Of a DNA stretch of 64,000 bases, positions 12,843-26,754 are shown one piece after another. Source of the DNA: Eledone cirrhosa (taxonomy: Eukaryota). Every line of letters begins with the position of its first letter. Position 1 is the first letter of the stretch. Under the pieces are notes generated by a model. The model made no database searches, was not told the DNA's origin, and worked only from the letters and a program-made list of their open reading frames with translations. Where the stretch lies: positions 25,792,001 to 25,856,000 of the forward strand of contig OZ024742.1 in assembly GCA_964016885.1 (NCBI GenBank), in the 5' to 3' direction. Position numbers and translations under genes: made by a program.

Positions 12843-12915
12843 TAGTGACGAAACATAAGTCAATTGCATGATAAAGGATTATGAGTTCATGCAATTGACT
12901 TATGTTTCGTCACTA
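12843..12915. repeat. Fold-back palindrome (29-bp perfect arms) containing a hammerhead 3' half
   Basis: Arm is TAGTGAC-GAAAC ataa GTC-AATTGCATGA; 15-nt spacer. Confidence 0.8.
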
Positions 12916-12943
12916 CACACATATATATATATATATATATAAT

Positions 12944-14108
<1,165 letters not shown>

Positions 14109-14170
14109 GGTTCTTATATATTTGATATATATTTATACTTATCGAGCCCTCTTTGGATTTTAGTCTTCAA

Positions 14171-14219
<49 letters not shown>

Positions 14220-16574
14220 GGTCTAAGCGGACGTATTTTGCTCGCTCACAGTAAGTCGCTTTATTTGCCTGTTTAAAGGTAAACAAAGACACCAATGATA
14301 CCAATAAGAATTCTAATTTTGAAAAAAATGACTAACAGCGACAACGAAAATACAGTTAACTAAAAAAAAAAAAAAAAAAAAAATACAACAACAATATCAA
14401 CACCACTAACATGAAAACAAATAGCGAAAACACCAACAGTAACAATACCAACTGCACCGAGGACAACGGTGGCAACAAAGACAACAATGATAACAGCGAC
14501 AGTGCTAACAACAACACCAACAAGAACAACGTCAACAAAACCCACAACGAAAACAAGACCTCTGTCGCTGCGGTAGCAACAAAAAAGACGCCATGCTTCA
14601 ACATGGACCTCTCAAACAAAGATGAAAAGTTGGCCCAGGCATGCAAACTCATCAAGCAAGAGCAAACTTGGGCCAACTTAACTGTCCCGGTAGAAGATAT
14701 TGAGGCAGTGGAGCGCAAAACGGTGCATTATAGATGCATCTCAGAACAAACCAAAAGGGCAGCGTTAATCCCACAAGAAGATGTCGAAGTCGCGCTGAGG
14801 TGCATCAGAGAAGACACCCAGTACATAGAGAGGGGCAGACAGTACGGCACCATTTCGGTGTTGATCAAGTCAGAAGCCCTCGCTATGAAACACGCTATGA
14901 CTCCTTGCAAAACCAGCAAGGTCATAATTTACCCCTCCCACATGGGAAAAAGAACGGCATGTCTCCGCATTCCCAGAATCCCACCAGGACTTGACATGTG
15001 GTGGCTTCTGGGATGTGTGATTGTGGAGGCGACGGATACAGTCCCTATAGAAGTGACCAGAACGGCCAGAGAGGACTGGTCCGTGGTTGATCTGGAGATC
15101 CTTCTCCAGATCAGGCCCGAGAATGTGAAGACAATCCGAGACCACATCCGCCTTCAGAATGGGACTGTCATTCACATTATGACCGAAGGCAAAAGGCCGC
15201 AGTGTTTTGTTTGTGGGGAAAAAAACAATTTGCGAGCCTTCTGCCCTCAACTGCTGAAAGAGGCAAGGGGTCGAAAGGCTCCACTGCTGCCGACGCCGGG
15301 GTGAGGACCACAACCAACACCTGCACCGGCAAAACCACCAACAACAACACTAATAGAAAGACCACCACCAACATTGACCACCCAAGGGGGAAACGAGGAA
15401 AGCTGTCAAATCCACCCCCCCCCCAAAAAATACACACACCAATAAAACCTTAAGCATACATAGAGACACACTTACAGACACAGACTACCAGTAATGAAAA
15501 TGAGGGAAATCCAAAATCCCCCAAAATACAAAAAAGGAAACACAAAAAAAACAAAAAAACTCCACAAAGCACAAAAGCATCCACAATAAAAAACGCAGAC
15601 ACCACCCACGCAAACATCTCTCCAATAACACCAACATCAATACCACCATCACCATCACCAGAATCCGCCAAACGCAAACAACCGAAACAGACGCAAGAAC
15701 AAATATACACACAAACATCATCACCACAGACACCGCACTCACAACAAACACAGATACAACCGAAACAACACCACCAAAACCATCACCACCACAGCCACGC
15801 AAACAAATAAAATCCCACCAACAAAACATACAAAACTTCGTGCTCGTCAGGAGGGCCAACAAAGAACTGATGGCCCTCGTAGAACGAAGTGTAAATATAC
15901 AAAAAAGAGGGGGACATTTTTAAATCGAGCACATTTCGCGTGCCGGAGGATTTGGTTCTGGTGCGAATGTCGCTCGATATATTCAAAGAAATACGAGACA
16001 GCTTTCCTCGGGACGTGGGAACCCCGAACGCAAAACCCACTTCAAGACTTTTAAAGGGGTTCCCAAAAGAAACCCCACTAACTATGGAGGTTGAACAACC
16101 CGACCTTCACAAGAGCCCGGAAGGTAAGTAAACCTTTCCACTCTCTCTGTTTAACCTGCCAACATGGCCGTATTAAGAGTAGGATGTTTAATCGTCCGAT
16201 CGAGAGAGAAGTGCTGCCGCCAGTACATTTGCTGAAAGGTGGGTGAATGTGGCGAGAATGGCCCGTGTGAGTGGGCCTACTCTGGTCATGCGGCTGTAGG
16301 TAGGTAAATTTGAAGAGGAGAGGGGTGCCCTTCCAGGGTGCTCTCGAAGCGTCGGGTCGTTCAGGACTGGTGGGGCACCTGAGCGAACCCTAGTTGGTCA
16401 TCCCCCCTATTGGGGAATGTTTTCTTGTTGTAATTTTATTGTTACTTTACTGTTACTTTGTTATTGTTAATTTGTTTATTCATATTGTTTACTCGATTTT
16501 TCTGTAAAATCCCACTGTCCCAGTCTTTTGTATTGTCCCCTATATGTCGGCCCTTGTGGCCAATAAATGAAATC
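14220..16574 (+). mobile_element. Tx1/L1-clade LINE with almost all of ORF2 deleted, flanked by (ATT)n on both sides
   Basis: ORF1-like region; ORF2 start ATGGCCGTATTAAGAGTAGGATGTTTA (16164) joined to the ORF2 C-terminus (EREVL...ERWVNVARMARVSGPTL, stop at 16299). The 3' UTR ends AATAAATGAAATC(ATT)n, like the full elements. Confidence 0.85.
14411..16131 (+). pseudogene. LINE ORF1 (gag-like), frameshifted
   Basis: Degenerate zinc knuckle EGKRPQCFVCGEKNNLRAFC, homologous to EGKRPKCFRSGSKTHLMAFC at about 63905-63970; low-complexity T/N/P-rich tail. Confidence 0.75.
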
Positions 16575-16597
16575 ATTATTATTATTATTATTATTAC

Positions 16598-16690
<93 letters not shown>

Positions 16691-17132
16691 TTTAACATAG
16701 ATACAAGACACTTTCATTGGAATCTAGTCATCAAGTATGTAAATATATATGTATGTCTGTTTGTGTGTATGTGTGTATGTATGGATGTTATTGTATGATC
16801 TGCATGTTTTGAGTTATATAAGTACATGGATATATGTTTCTCTATCTATACATGTGTATAACAGTTATTACATGCAGAAATTGTTTGTATTTATGCATGC
16901 ATGTATGTTTGTATGCATGCAAGTATGTATGTATCTATGTCCTTGGGTTCGTACTTATGTATGCATATATAATGAAGGATATGTTAATGAGTACAGGTAT
17001 ATGAAATAGAGTTTAAATATTCCTTCATTATGACTAAGGTTTGAATCAGTTCTTAAATATATATATGTGAGTGTGTGTGGGGGAGGGGGTAAATATATAT
17101 ATACTGACAAACACATACTCACACACACACAG

Positions 17133-17212
<80 letters not shown>

Positions 17213-17433
17213 GGATTAACAAATAATAGTTAAATGCAGTCCACTTAGGTGAAGTCCAGTTATGGTATTCCAGGTAGTGGATGATATTAACGCTTGGCTT
17301 GGTTTGACTCAACAAGGCGTTTTCATAGTGATGCTGCGGGTATGCTGTAATTCCTATGTTGTAAACACTTGGAGTAATAATAAATCAGGAAAGAAGGTTT
17401 ACATGGTTTGCTATACAAAAAAGTTTTTAATCA

Positions 17434-17546
17434 CATAGCTTACATTTGTTTCACTGAACTGGTATGTCTAGAGATCGCTATCCGCTTAATTTTGCGTTAC
17501 TCGATCGCCAATACAGAATTATAACCAGTCAGATCTTCGGAGCATG
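17434..17546 (-). ncRNA. Hammerhead-like motif with extended stem II and CCGAAGA core (left arm)
   Basis: CATGCT-CCGAAGA-tCTGACTGGT..~60 nt..ACCAGTTCAGt-GAA-ACA aa TGT-A-AGCtATG; GUA triplet. Confidence 0.6.
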
Positions 17547-17938
17547 CGAGAATGAAGAAAATACACAGGCAAGAAAAGAAAAGAAAATACACAGGCAAGA
17601 AAAGAAAAGAAAATACGGCTACTATATGGAGTAGTTATGACATTCAATTAGAACAATAACAACAATTACAACAATGCTATCAATAAACTATTTAAGGAGA
17701 CCCTGACATTACTTAGGTGGGGGGGGTATATAATGTATCTAATGTTACGGCGTGAAAACCAGCTGTCATAAGGCAAAAAGTATCGTAGTGTGTATCAATT
17801 TTAAATTATAAAGATAAGCTAGTTTTTACAGTCTTTCTCTTCATCTTCAACAGTATACATGAGTGGGACCACTGTCAAAGCTCAATAGTTGTAGAGTTAA
17901 TACAGAGGTTAACGAATTAATATACGCATATATCTACG

Positions 17939-17969
<31 letters not shown>

Positions 17970-17971
17970 AT

Positions 17972-18040
<69 letters not shown>

Positions 18041-18339
18041 TATATACACATATATACACATGCATGTGTACATAGACACATACATACACATCAATATACA
18101 CTCGTACAAAAATATACATACATGCAAAGAGAAACGCGTGCTAATTGTAATTATGGCAAAAAGAAGGTAAAGTAACATTGTAGTAGTGAAATGAGAAAAA
18201 CTAGGATCTAGGATCAAATGATTGCAGCAGCTGAGAAGGAGTAAGATTATTGGTAGATGAGGTATTTACAGACTATTGTGTGGTATAGACTTGTGAAGGA
18301 AATAGTATACTTAATGAATATATTTCTGTGGGTAGTAGG

Positions 18340-18650
18340 TATCCTAATTTAAAGCTATGTTATGTTGGTTCGATTCACGGAGGTTTGAATCTTATGAATT
18401 TAGTGGCTATTCTATGTCTGCAGAAGATAGATCTTTCTAACTTATTATTAAGTAGCCTTTTAACATTTCTAAGGATATAAATAGCTCAAGATCACACAGC
18501 CCGCAATAGGACATCCCTGTACTATAGGTTTTAGCAGCCGACAACTTCGACCAGTTGATAGTGTAGTTAGTGTTGCTGTCCTTCAATTCCCATATTTTTC
18601 TGGCGAGGGTGGTGGAACCCATAAGTGCACGGTTTTTCATTGAGTGAATA
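18340..18650 (-). pseudogene. C-terminal GIY-YIG fragment of a Naiad-like PLE
   Basis: STTLARKIWELKDSNTNYTINWSKL..AKTYSTGMSYCGLCDLE parallels TATALENQMWEFKDKNIAYSIDWSIL..SREYQRG in the 28836 element. Confidence 0.8.
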
Positions 18651-18876
18651 ATAATCTTACCAATAATCTTACTCCTTCTCAGCTGCTGCAATCATTTGAT
18701 CCTAGATCCTAGTTTTTCTCATTTCACTACTACAATGTTACTTTACCTTCTTTTTGCCATAATCACAATTAGCACGCTTTTCTCTTTGCATGTATGTATA
18801 TTTTTGTACGAGTGTATATTGATGTGTATGTATGTGTCTATGTACACATGCATGTGTATATATGTGTATATATATT

Positions 18877-18911
<35 letters not shown>

Positions 18912-19300
18912 ATGTGTATGTGTGTGTGTGTGTGTGCGTAGATATATGCGTATATTAATTCGTTAACCTCTGTATTAACTCTACAACTATTGAGCTTTGA
19001 CAGTGGTCCCACTCATGTATACTGTTGAAGATGAAGAGAAAGACTGTAAAAACTAGCTTATCTTTATAATTTAAAATTGATACACACTACGATACTTTTT
19101 GCCTTATGACAGCTGGTTTTCACGCCGTAACATTAGATACATTATATACCCCCCACCTAAGTAATGTCAGGGTCTCCTTAAATGGTTTATTGATAGCATT
19201 GTTGTAATTGTTGTTATTGTTCTAATTGAATGCCATAACTACTCCATATAGTAGCCGTATTTTCTTTTCTTTTCTTGCCTGTGTATTTTCTTCATTCTCG

Positions 19301-19413
19301 CATGCTCCGAAGATTTGACTGGTTATAATTCTGTATTGGCGATCGAGTAACGCAAAATTAAGCGGATAGCGATCTCTAGACATACCAGTTCAGTGAAACA
19401 AATGTAAGCTATG
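19301..19413 (+). ncRNA. Hammerhead-like motif, inverted copy (right arm)
   Basis: CATGCT 19301-19306, CCGAAGA 19307-19313, GAAA 19395-19398, TGTA 19403-19406, AGCTATG 19407-19413. Confidence 0.6.
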
Positions 19414-19502
19414 TGATTAAAAACTTTTTTGTATAGCAAACCATGTAAACCTTCTTTCCTGATTTATATATATATATATGTGTGTGTGGGTGTGTGTGTG
19501 TA

Positions 19503-19535
<33 letters not shown>

Positions 19536-20637
19536 GCACACACACAAACATATACTCACACACACACAGATTGTCAATGAGCATTGGCCTTGTAATCTCA
19601 CATTGAGTGCTCTGGATAGCAAATTGTTAAAGGAAATATTCCTTAGAGAAATTTCAAACAAGAGCTCCACAGATTGTTTCTTGTCAAACTCCACCCAATC
19701 TACAGTAACCACTGCATCTAGTTTAATTTCCAACTGTTTCCATTTCTTACTGCACAAGTGATGACTTTATGTTCTACGGTAACATTCACGTATGTGACAC
19801 TTCAATACCATTAGTCATAGTTTTCTTACTTTTAAGGGAATATAGAAAGTTGTAGCAGTTGTGATGTTCTACTCCCACGTGTGACTTCACCAAACGTTGT
19901 GGCGGCTACTATTCGAACTTATGGACTTTATAAATCCCCAAATGTCTTCTTTTTAAGGACAGGTTCTCCACTCTTCCTGTCTGTTTCGTGTGTGTCTTGC
20001 CTGTTATAAAGAAAGAAACATGTCCCACTGTAATGAGAGAGATTTTCCTAGCATCTTGAGTAACTACGTAGAGGCTCATCCCTCATCGGCTTGTTAATAA
20101 AACTCACCAAAATTTAAATGTTAAACTCATGCACTCTACTATATGATTTTTTTTATTTCAGCGGTCTCAAAGCAAGGACTCAAAATGTCCGTTACGTCCG
20201 AAGGGTAAGATGTACAGTGGGCCAAAATAAATATAATGTGTTGGTGGTTGTGGCAGGGTGATTTCATCTTTTTGTAATGTCAATCTGCAACACAACTGAT
20301 AGGATGCTATTTCTTTCTTTATTTTGTTTCATTAAAATCAATACAGATGTGATAGGGAGTTGTGTGCGTTTTTATAAAAAATAGGAGCACAAATATTTCC
20401 TTTTAAAATCTTTTTAATTCGTCAGGAAAGGTTTTCTGCCGCTAGACCATAGAAAAGTAATTCGCGGGTGGTGTGCGCCATATGGGCTATATGTGTGGGA
20501 TTTATATGTTTAAGATTAACAGATTCATTGGAGTTTCGTAGACAATGATTTTACTATTTGTTCCGGCTCTTTATTCTCTTTAATGACTGCTTCAGCTTTT
20601 CTACTTTAGCGTAGGATAAAATATGGACAAGACCACT

Positions 20638-20860
20638 GGAGGTGCGTAGCCTAGTGATAAGGGTGCTGGACTTATGATCATACTGTTATGAGTTTGATTC
20701 CTTGACTGTGACGGGTGTATTTTTCTTGAGCAAAACAATTCATTTCACATTGCTCCAATATAATCATAGAAAATGAGTATCAAGTGGGAGTCTTGTAATC
20801 TTAGTCGCTTAACCCTATGAAAACCAGGATAAGCACCGGCCTCCACACAGCCTTTAGTCT
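20638..20860 (+). mobile_element. Second-family tRNA-SINE, degenerate
   Basis: TAGCCTAGTGATAAG (A box), GTTTGATTCC (B box), TCTTGAGCAAAACAATTCATTTCACATTGCTCCA; similar to 40793-41070. Confidence 0.65.
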
Positions 20861-21764
20861 GTAGACAGTACAAGTATATCCTCTTATCCCTGTAACTGCC
20901 ATATACTAGATGTTCCACTTGATCGACGTGACAAAATAGAGAATGTGTTTGTATCTGTTTGGTGGGTAGGCGGTGGTGGCGTATCTACATAGAAAATGAG
21001 CTTCATTACCAAAGCATGGTATACTGTAACAACATTACTTCCATTTCAAATAACGAAATCATTTTTTTTTTTTGGCAGATAACTGAACGTGACTGAAGCA
21101 ATGAATTATTTTTATGTTATTCCTACACGCTTTCAAATCCCTATTAACCGTTCCGTTACTATATTCCTAATGATAGATGAGTCTATATCATTAACCCTTT
21201 AGTTATTATATTTCTAATGAAAGGCACTCTCCTTTACTGAGGAAGAAAAACAAAGGAACGAAAAGGAGAAACGGAAAAAAGAATTAAGCAACGAAAGAGA
21301 GAAGTGGAGGGACAGATAATAGACCCCGGACTAAGCAGTGTTTCAGCTGCACCCCGCAGATAAAATGGCATAGGTGAAGAATTGTAACTGTGGAGAAGAG
21401 CAACACCCGCTACAACAGCCACACCATCTCACGGGGCTCCCTCCTTCCTCAAGTGGGCCGCCATCTCTCCGATATGTGTTGAAACAAAAAATGGAGGATA
21501 TGAGATGTAGAGGTGAACTTTTTGACTGTGACTGGGTATTGGAGGATTTCATCGTCTTTCTCTATTAACGAGGTATAATGATAGTGAGGTTTTGTAATCA
21601 CGTGAAAAGCAGTGTTTCCAGTGGCAACCTACTGTAATTAATTTCCGCTAATGATTTAGAAAATTCAAGCCAATCTCATCAATCACTTTTTTCGGATAAA
21701 TTAATGCAAATCTTCTTAAGAAGGAAAAATAAGAATATATCATCACCAAACTGTCGACTACGAC

Positions 21765-22748
21765 GGTAACCATCAACGCCACTACTAACACCATCCCCAC
21801 CACCAACGCCACTACTAACATCATCTCCACCACCGCCACCACCACACCAACACCACCACAACCACCACCACTACCACCACCACCACTACCACCACCACCA
21901 CCACACCACCACCACCACCACCACTACTACCACCACCACGACTATCACCACCACCATCACCACCACTACCATCACCGCCATCACCACCAGTGCCACCTTG
22001 AGAAATCCACCCCTTTAACACCACTACCACCACCACCACCACCACCACCGACAACAACAACAACCCTACCACAATCGCCACCATGCTAAATCCACCCTCT
22101 TTAATACCACTCCCATAAACACCGAAACACTCACCATGCTAAATCCAGCCTCTTTATTACCATCTCCACCACGAACGCTACCGCAACCAACATCATGCAG
22201 AATCTAACCCCTTTATCACTACAACCACAAGCACCACCATTACCACACCCACAGTCACCACCATCACAGCCACCATCACCTCAGTCACCAACACCAACAC
22301 CATCATCACACCCACCATATTTAATTCCACCAACTTTATGACCACTACCACCAACACTACCACCACCACCATCACAGCCATCATATTTAATTCAACCCCT
22401 ATTATTATCACTACCACCAACACTACCACAAACACCACCAGCACAACCTACACCATCCTTACCACCACCAGTACCACCATCACATCCACCATAATTCTTT
22501 CGACACCATTATCCCCAACGCCACTACCACAAACATCACCACCATCAGCATCACAACCACCATACTGATGTCGGTACCACCAACACCACCAACACCAACA
22601 ACACCACCATCACCATCACAACCGCCATGCTAATTTCGCCACCACCACCACCATCACCACCACAAGCATCAACAATACCACCACCACCTGTACCACATCA
22701 TCAACAATACCATCACCACCTGTACCACATCATTAACATTACCACCAC
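21765..22748. repeat. (CAC)n/(CAA)n-rich low-complexity tract
   Basis: Direct inspection. Confidence 0.9.
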
Positions 22749-23186
22749 CTGTCTACTACTACCAATACTGTATATATATATAGAGAGAGACACTGTCTAC
22801 TACTATCAATACTGTATATATGTATATATATATATAGAGAGAGACACTGTCTACTACTACCAATACTGTATATATAGAGAGAGACACTATCTACTACTAC
22901 CAATAATGTATATATATAGAGAGAGAGAGACACTGTCTACTACTACCAATACTGTATATATATATAGAGAGAGAGACACTGTCTACTACTACCAATACTG
23001 TATATATATATAGAGACAGAGAGACACTGTCTACTACTACCTATACTGTATATATATATAGAGAGAGAGACACTGTCTACTACTACCTATACTGTGTATA
23101 TATATATAGAGAGAGACACTGTCTACTACTACCAATACTGTATATATATATAGAGAGAGAGACACTGTCTACTACTACCAATACTG

Positions 23187-23222
<36 letters not shown>

Positions 23223-23689
23223 CACTGTCTACTACCACCCGTACTTTTGTATATATATATATAGAGAGAGAGACACTGTCTACTACTACCAATACTGTAT
23301 ATATGTAGAGAGAGAGAGACACTGTCTACTACTACCAATACTGTATATATATATAGAGAGAGAGACACTGTCTACTACTGCCAATACAGTATATATATAT
23401 ATAGAGAGAGAGACACTGTCTACTACTACCTATACTGTATATATATATAGAGAGAGAGAGACACTGTCTACTACTACCAACACTGTATATATATATAGAG
23501 AGAGAGAGACACTGTCTACTACTAGCAATACTGTATATATATATATAGAGAGAGAGAGACACTGTCTACTACTACCTATACTGTATATATATATATATTT
23601 AGAGAGAGAGAGAGACACTGTCTTCTACTACCTATACTGTATATATATATATATAGAGAGAGAGACATTGTCTACTACTACCTATACTG

Positions 23690-23723
<34 letters not shown>

Positions 23724-23930
23724 CTGTCTACTACTACCAATACTGTATATATATAGATAGAGAGACACTGTCTACTACTGCCAATACTGTATATATATAT
23801 AAAGAGAGAGACACTGTCTACTACTAGCAATACTGTATATATATATATAGAGAGAGAGAGAGAGACACTGTCTACTACTAGCAATACTGTATATATATAG
23901 AGAGAGAAACACTGTCTACTACTACCTGTA

Positions 23931-23971
<41 letters not shown>

Positions 23972-24553
23972 CACTGTCTACTACCACCCGTACTGTGTAT
24001 ATATATATATAGAGAGAGACAGAGACTGTCTACTACTACCAATACTGTATATATATATATATAGAGAGAGAGACACCGTCTACTACTACCGATACTGTAT
24101 ATATATATAGAGAGAGAGACACTGTCTACTACTACCAACACTGTATATATATATAGAGAGAGAGAGAGAGACACTGTCTACTACTACCAACACTGTATAT
24201 ATATATATATATAGAGAGAGAGAGACACTGTCTACTACTACCAATACTGTATATATATATATATAGAGAGACGCTGTATACTACAACCAATACTGTATAT
24301 ATATATATATTTAGAGAGAGAGTGAGAGACTGTCTACTACTACCAACACTGTATATATATAGAGTGAGAGAGTCACTGTCTACTACTACCAATACAGTAT
24401 ATATATATATATATATATATATAGACAGAGAGACACTGTCTACTACTACCTATACTGTATATATAAATATAGAGAGAGACACTGTCTACTACTATCTATA
24501 CTGTATATATATATAGAGAGAGAGAGACACTCTCTACTACTACCTATACTCTT

Positions 24554-24587
<34 letters not shown>

Positions 24588-24709
24588 CACTGTCTACTAC
24601 TAGCAATACTGTATATATATAGAGAGAGGGAGACACTGTCTACTACTATCTATACTGTATATATATATATATATAGAGAGAGAGACTTTGTCTACTACTA
24701 CCTATACTC

Positions 24710-24745
<36 letters not shown>

Positions 24746-24771
24746 CACACTGTCTACTACTAGCAATACTG

Positions 24772-24807
<36 letters not shown>

Positions 24808-25029
24808 CACTGTCTACTACTAGCAATACTGTATATATATATAGAGAGAGATAAACACTGTCTACTACTACCAACACTGTATATATATATAGAGAGAGAG
24901 AGACACTGTCTACTACTAGCAATACTGTATATATATATATAGAGAGAGAGACACTGTCTACTACTATCTATACTGTATATATATATAGAGAGAGAGAGAG
25001 AGACTTTGTCTACTACTACCTATACTCTC

Positions 25030-25061
<32 letters not shown>

Positions 25062-25225
25062 CACTGTCTACTACTAGCAATACTGTATATATATATAGAG
25101 AGAGATAAACACTGTCTACTACTACCAACACTGTATATATATAGAGAGAGAGAGAGACACTGTCTACTACAACCAATACTGTATATACATATTGACACTG
25201 TCTACTACAACCTATATTGTGTATA
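22749..25225 (+). repeat. Composite minisatellite: GACACTGTCTACTACTACCAATACTG-(TA)n-(GA)n, about 45-bp units
   Basis: Roughly 50 or more tandem units with variable embedded microsatellites; resumes at 26040-26170 after a Helitron insertion. Confidence 0.95.
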
Positions 25226-26032
25226 TCTATATATATAATGTAGTTCCTGTCTGTTTCTTTATTTCTTTATTTGTTCACGATCTCCTCCTATGGTTTTGAA
25301 GGTAGACCCCCCCCCCCACAAATATATATATTCTGAAAATACACTGCCCAGGTACTTGGAGAAGTATATTTTATTTTAATCAATTGGTTACCCGGGGGCA
25401 CAATCCTTCGCTGAAAACTCCCCTGCCGAAAATATTTTCTCTTCGATTTATATGAAATTTAAACCATAGGTAAATGACAAGATATGATGCCTTTTCACAA
25501 AATTTCTGCAGATTTCTATAATATTAAGACACACTAACGGGGGTTAAACCACCTATCAAGGTTCCCCGGGGGCACAAACTCCGGTGAAAATTTTTTCAGT
25601 TCGATTTATATGAAATTTAAACCATAGGTAAATGACAAGATATGATGCCTATTCACAAAATTTTAGCAAATTTCTATAATATTAAGACACCCTAATGGGG
25701 GTTAACCCCTCTATGGTGAAAATATTGGAAGCCCATAACTTGAGTATTGGAACCTGTATATTCACGGGATTTTTCTATTAATTAAACGTAAATCAACAAA
25801 AAAGCACCTCTCTTTAATATGAAAATTTGGCTAATTTAGACATTTTATCCATGGCAAAACATCACTAGAACTATGACAACGTAAATTATTAGTTAATGCC
25901 TCTACTTTTTTAACATTTTCCCTCTATATTTTTCTCCATAAATTATATCACTGATTTATAATCAATCATCATTTTCTTACCAACAAAAAAAAAAATGTGT
26001 GAAACGCAGAAAGGAGCGGGTAATTCGGCTAG
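25226..26032 (+). mobile_element. Non-autonomous Helitron-like element inserted in the minisatellite
   Basis: Starts A|TCTATATATATAAT and ends ...GAGCGGGTAATTCGG-CTAG|T with a decayed subterminal hairpin and no TSD; internal ~158-bp duplication (25442/25600). Confidence 0.75.
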
Positions 26033-26175
26033 TAAAAATATATATAGACACTGTATACTATTACCAATACTGTATAAACATATTGACACTATCTACTACA
26101 ACCAATACTATATATATATATACAGAGAGAGAGAGAGACTGTCTACTATTACTATTGCTATATATATATAGTAAA

Positions 26176-26367
26176 AATAATTGTTTCTACATTTGGCACA
26201 AGGCCAGCAATTATCCAATACATTACTGGTACTTTATTTTATCGACACCGTAAGGATGAAAGGCAAAGTTAACCTCGGCGGGATTTGAAAGCAGACCATA
26301 AAGGGCCGTAACTCATTGCTGCAAAGCATGGCGTCAGACATCTACCGATACTGCCAATCCACCGCCC
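26176..26367 (-). mobile_element. OK-like SINE, full length
   Basis: Minus strand starts GGGCGGTGGATTGGCAGTATCGGTAGA and matches the consensus through to the ATT tail. Confidence 0.88.
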
Positions 26368-26689
26368 TTCTATATATAGTAATAATAAAATAATAAAGTA
26401 ATAAAAAATGTGAAGACCAAAATCCGAAGTGGGCTCGATAAGGATTATATATATATAGTTATGTAATAAACAACATAAGATAATTATTTCATTTACCAGT
26501 GGTTTCTTGAAAGCAAACACATTTGCTTTCAGTCATCAGAATGAAGAAATCATGGTGTATTTATTAAAAGTGGATTTGAAAAAAAAAAAAATAATAAATA
26601 TGAAAGTGAAGCTCGAGGAAGAAGAAGAAAAGGAGAAAAAGAATAATAAATATAAAAGTATATAAACACACACGCACACACACCCACAT

Positions 26690-26722
<33 letters not shown>

Positions 26723-26754
26723 CATATATATACACATATACATATATACATATA

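Larger units (their letters stand above)
17381..19466. repeat. 2.1-kb inverted repeat (arms 17381-18255 and 18658-19466) around a Naiad GIY-YIG fragment
   Basis: The arms are reverse complements apart from a few SNPs, a short duplication and microsatellite length. Mirrored ORFs appear in the track (17863+/19012-, 18217-/18696+). Confidence 0.95.

Noticed and set aside
19572-19757. Protein-like stretch (WKQLEIKLDAVVTVDWVEFDKK...)
   Set aside because: Could be a transposase relic or an exon, but I cannot assign a family or splice sites; needs BLASTX.
21230-21575. GC-richer unique segment as a possible host exon
   Set aside because: Stops interrupt the frames examined; no clear splice boundaries or homology.
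22749-25225. CRISPR-like repeat-spacer pattern
   Set aside because: The spacers are (TA)n(GA)n microsatellites.
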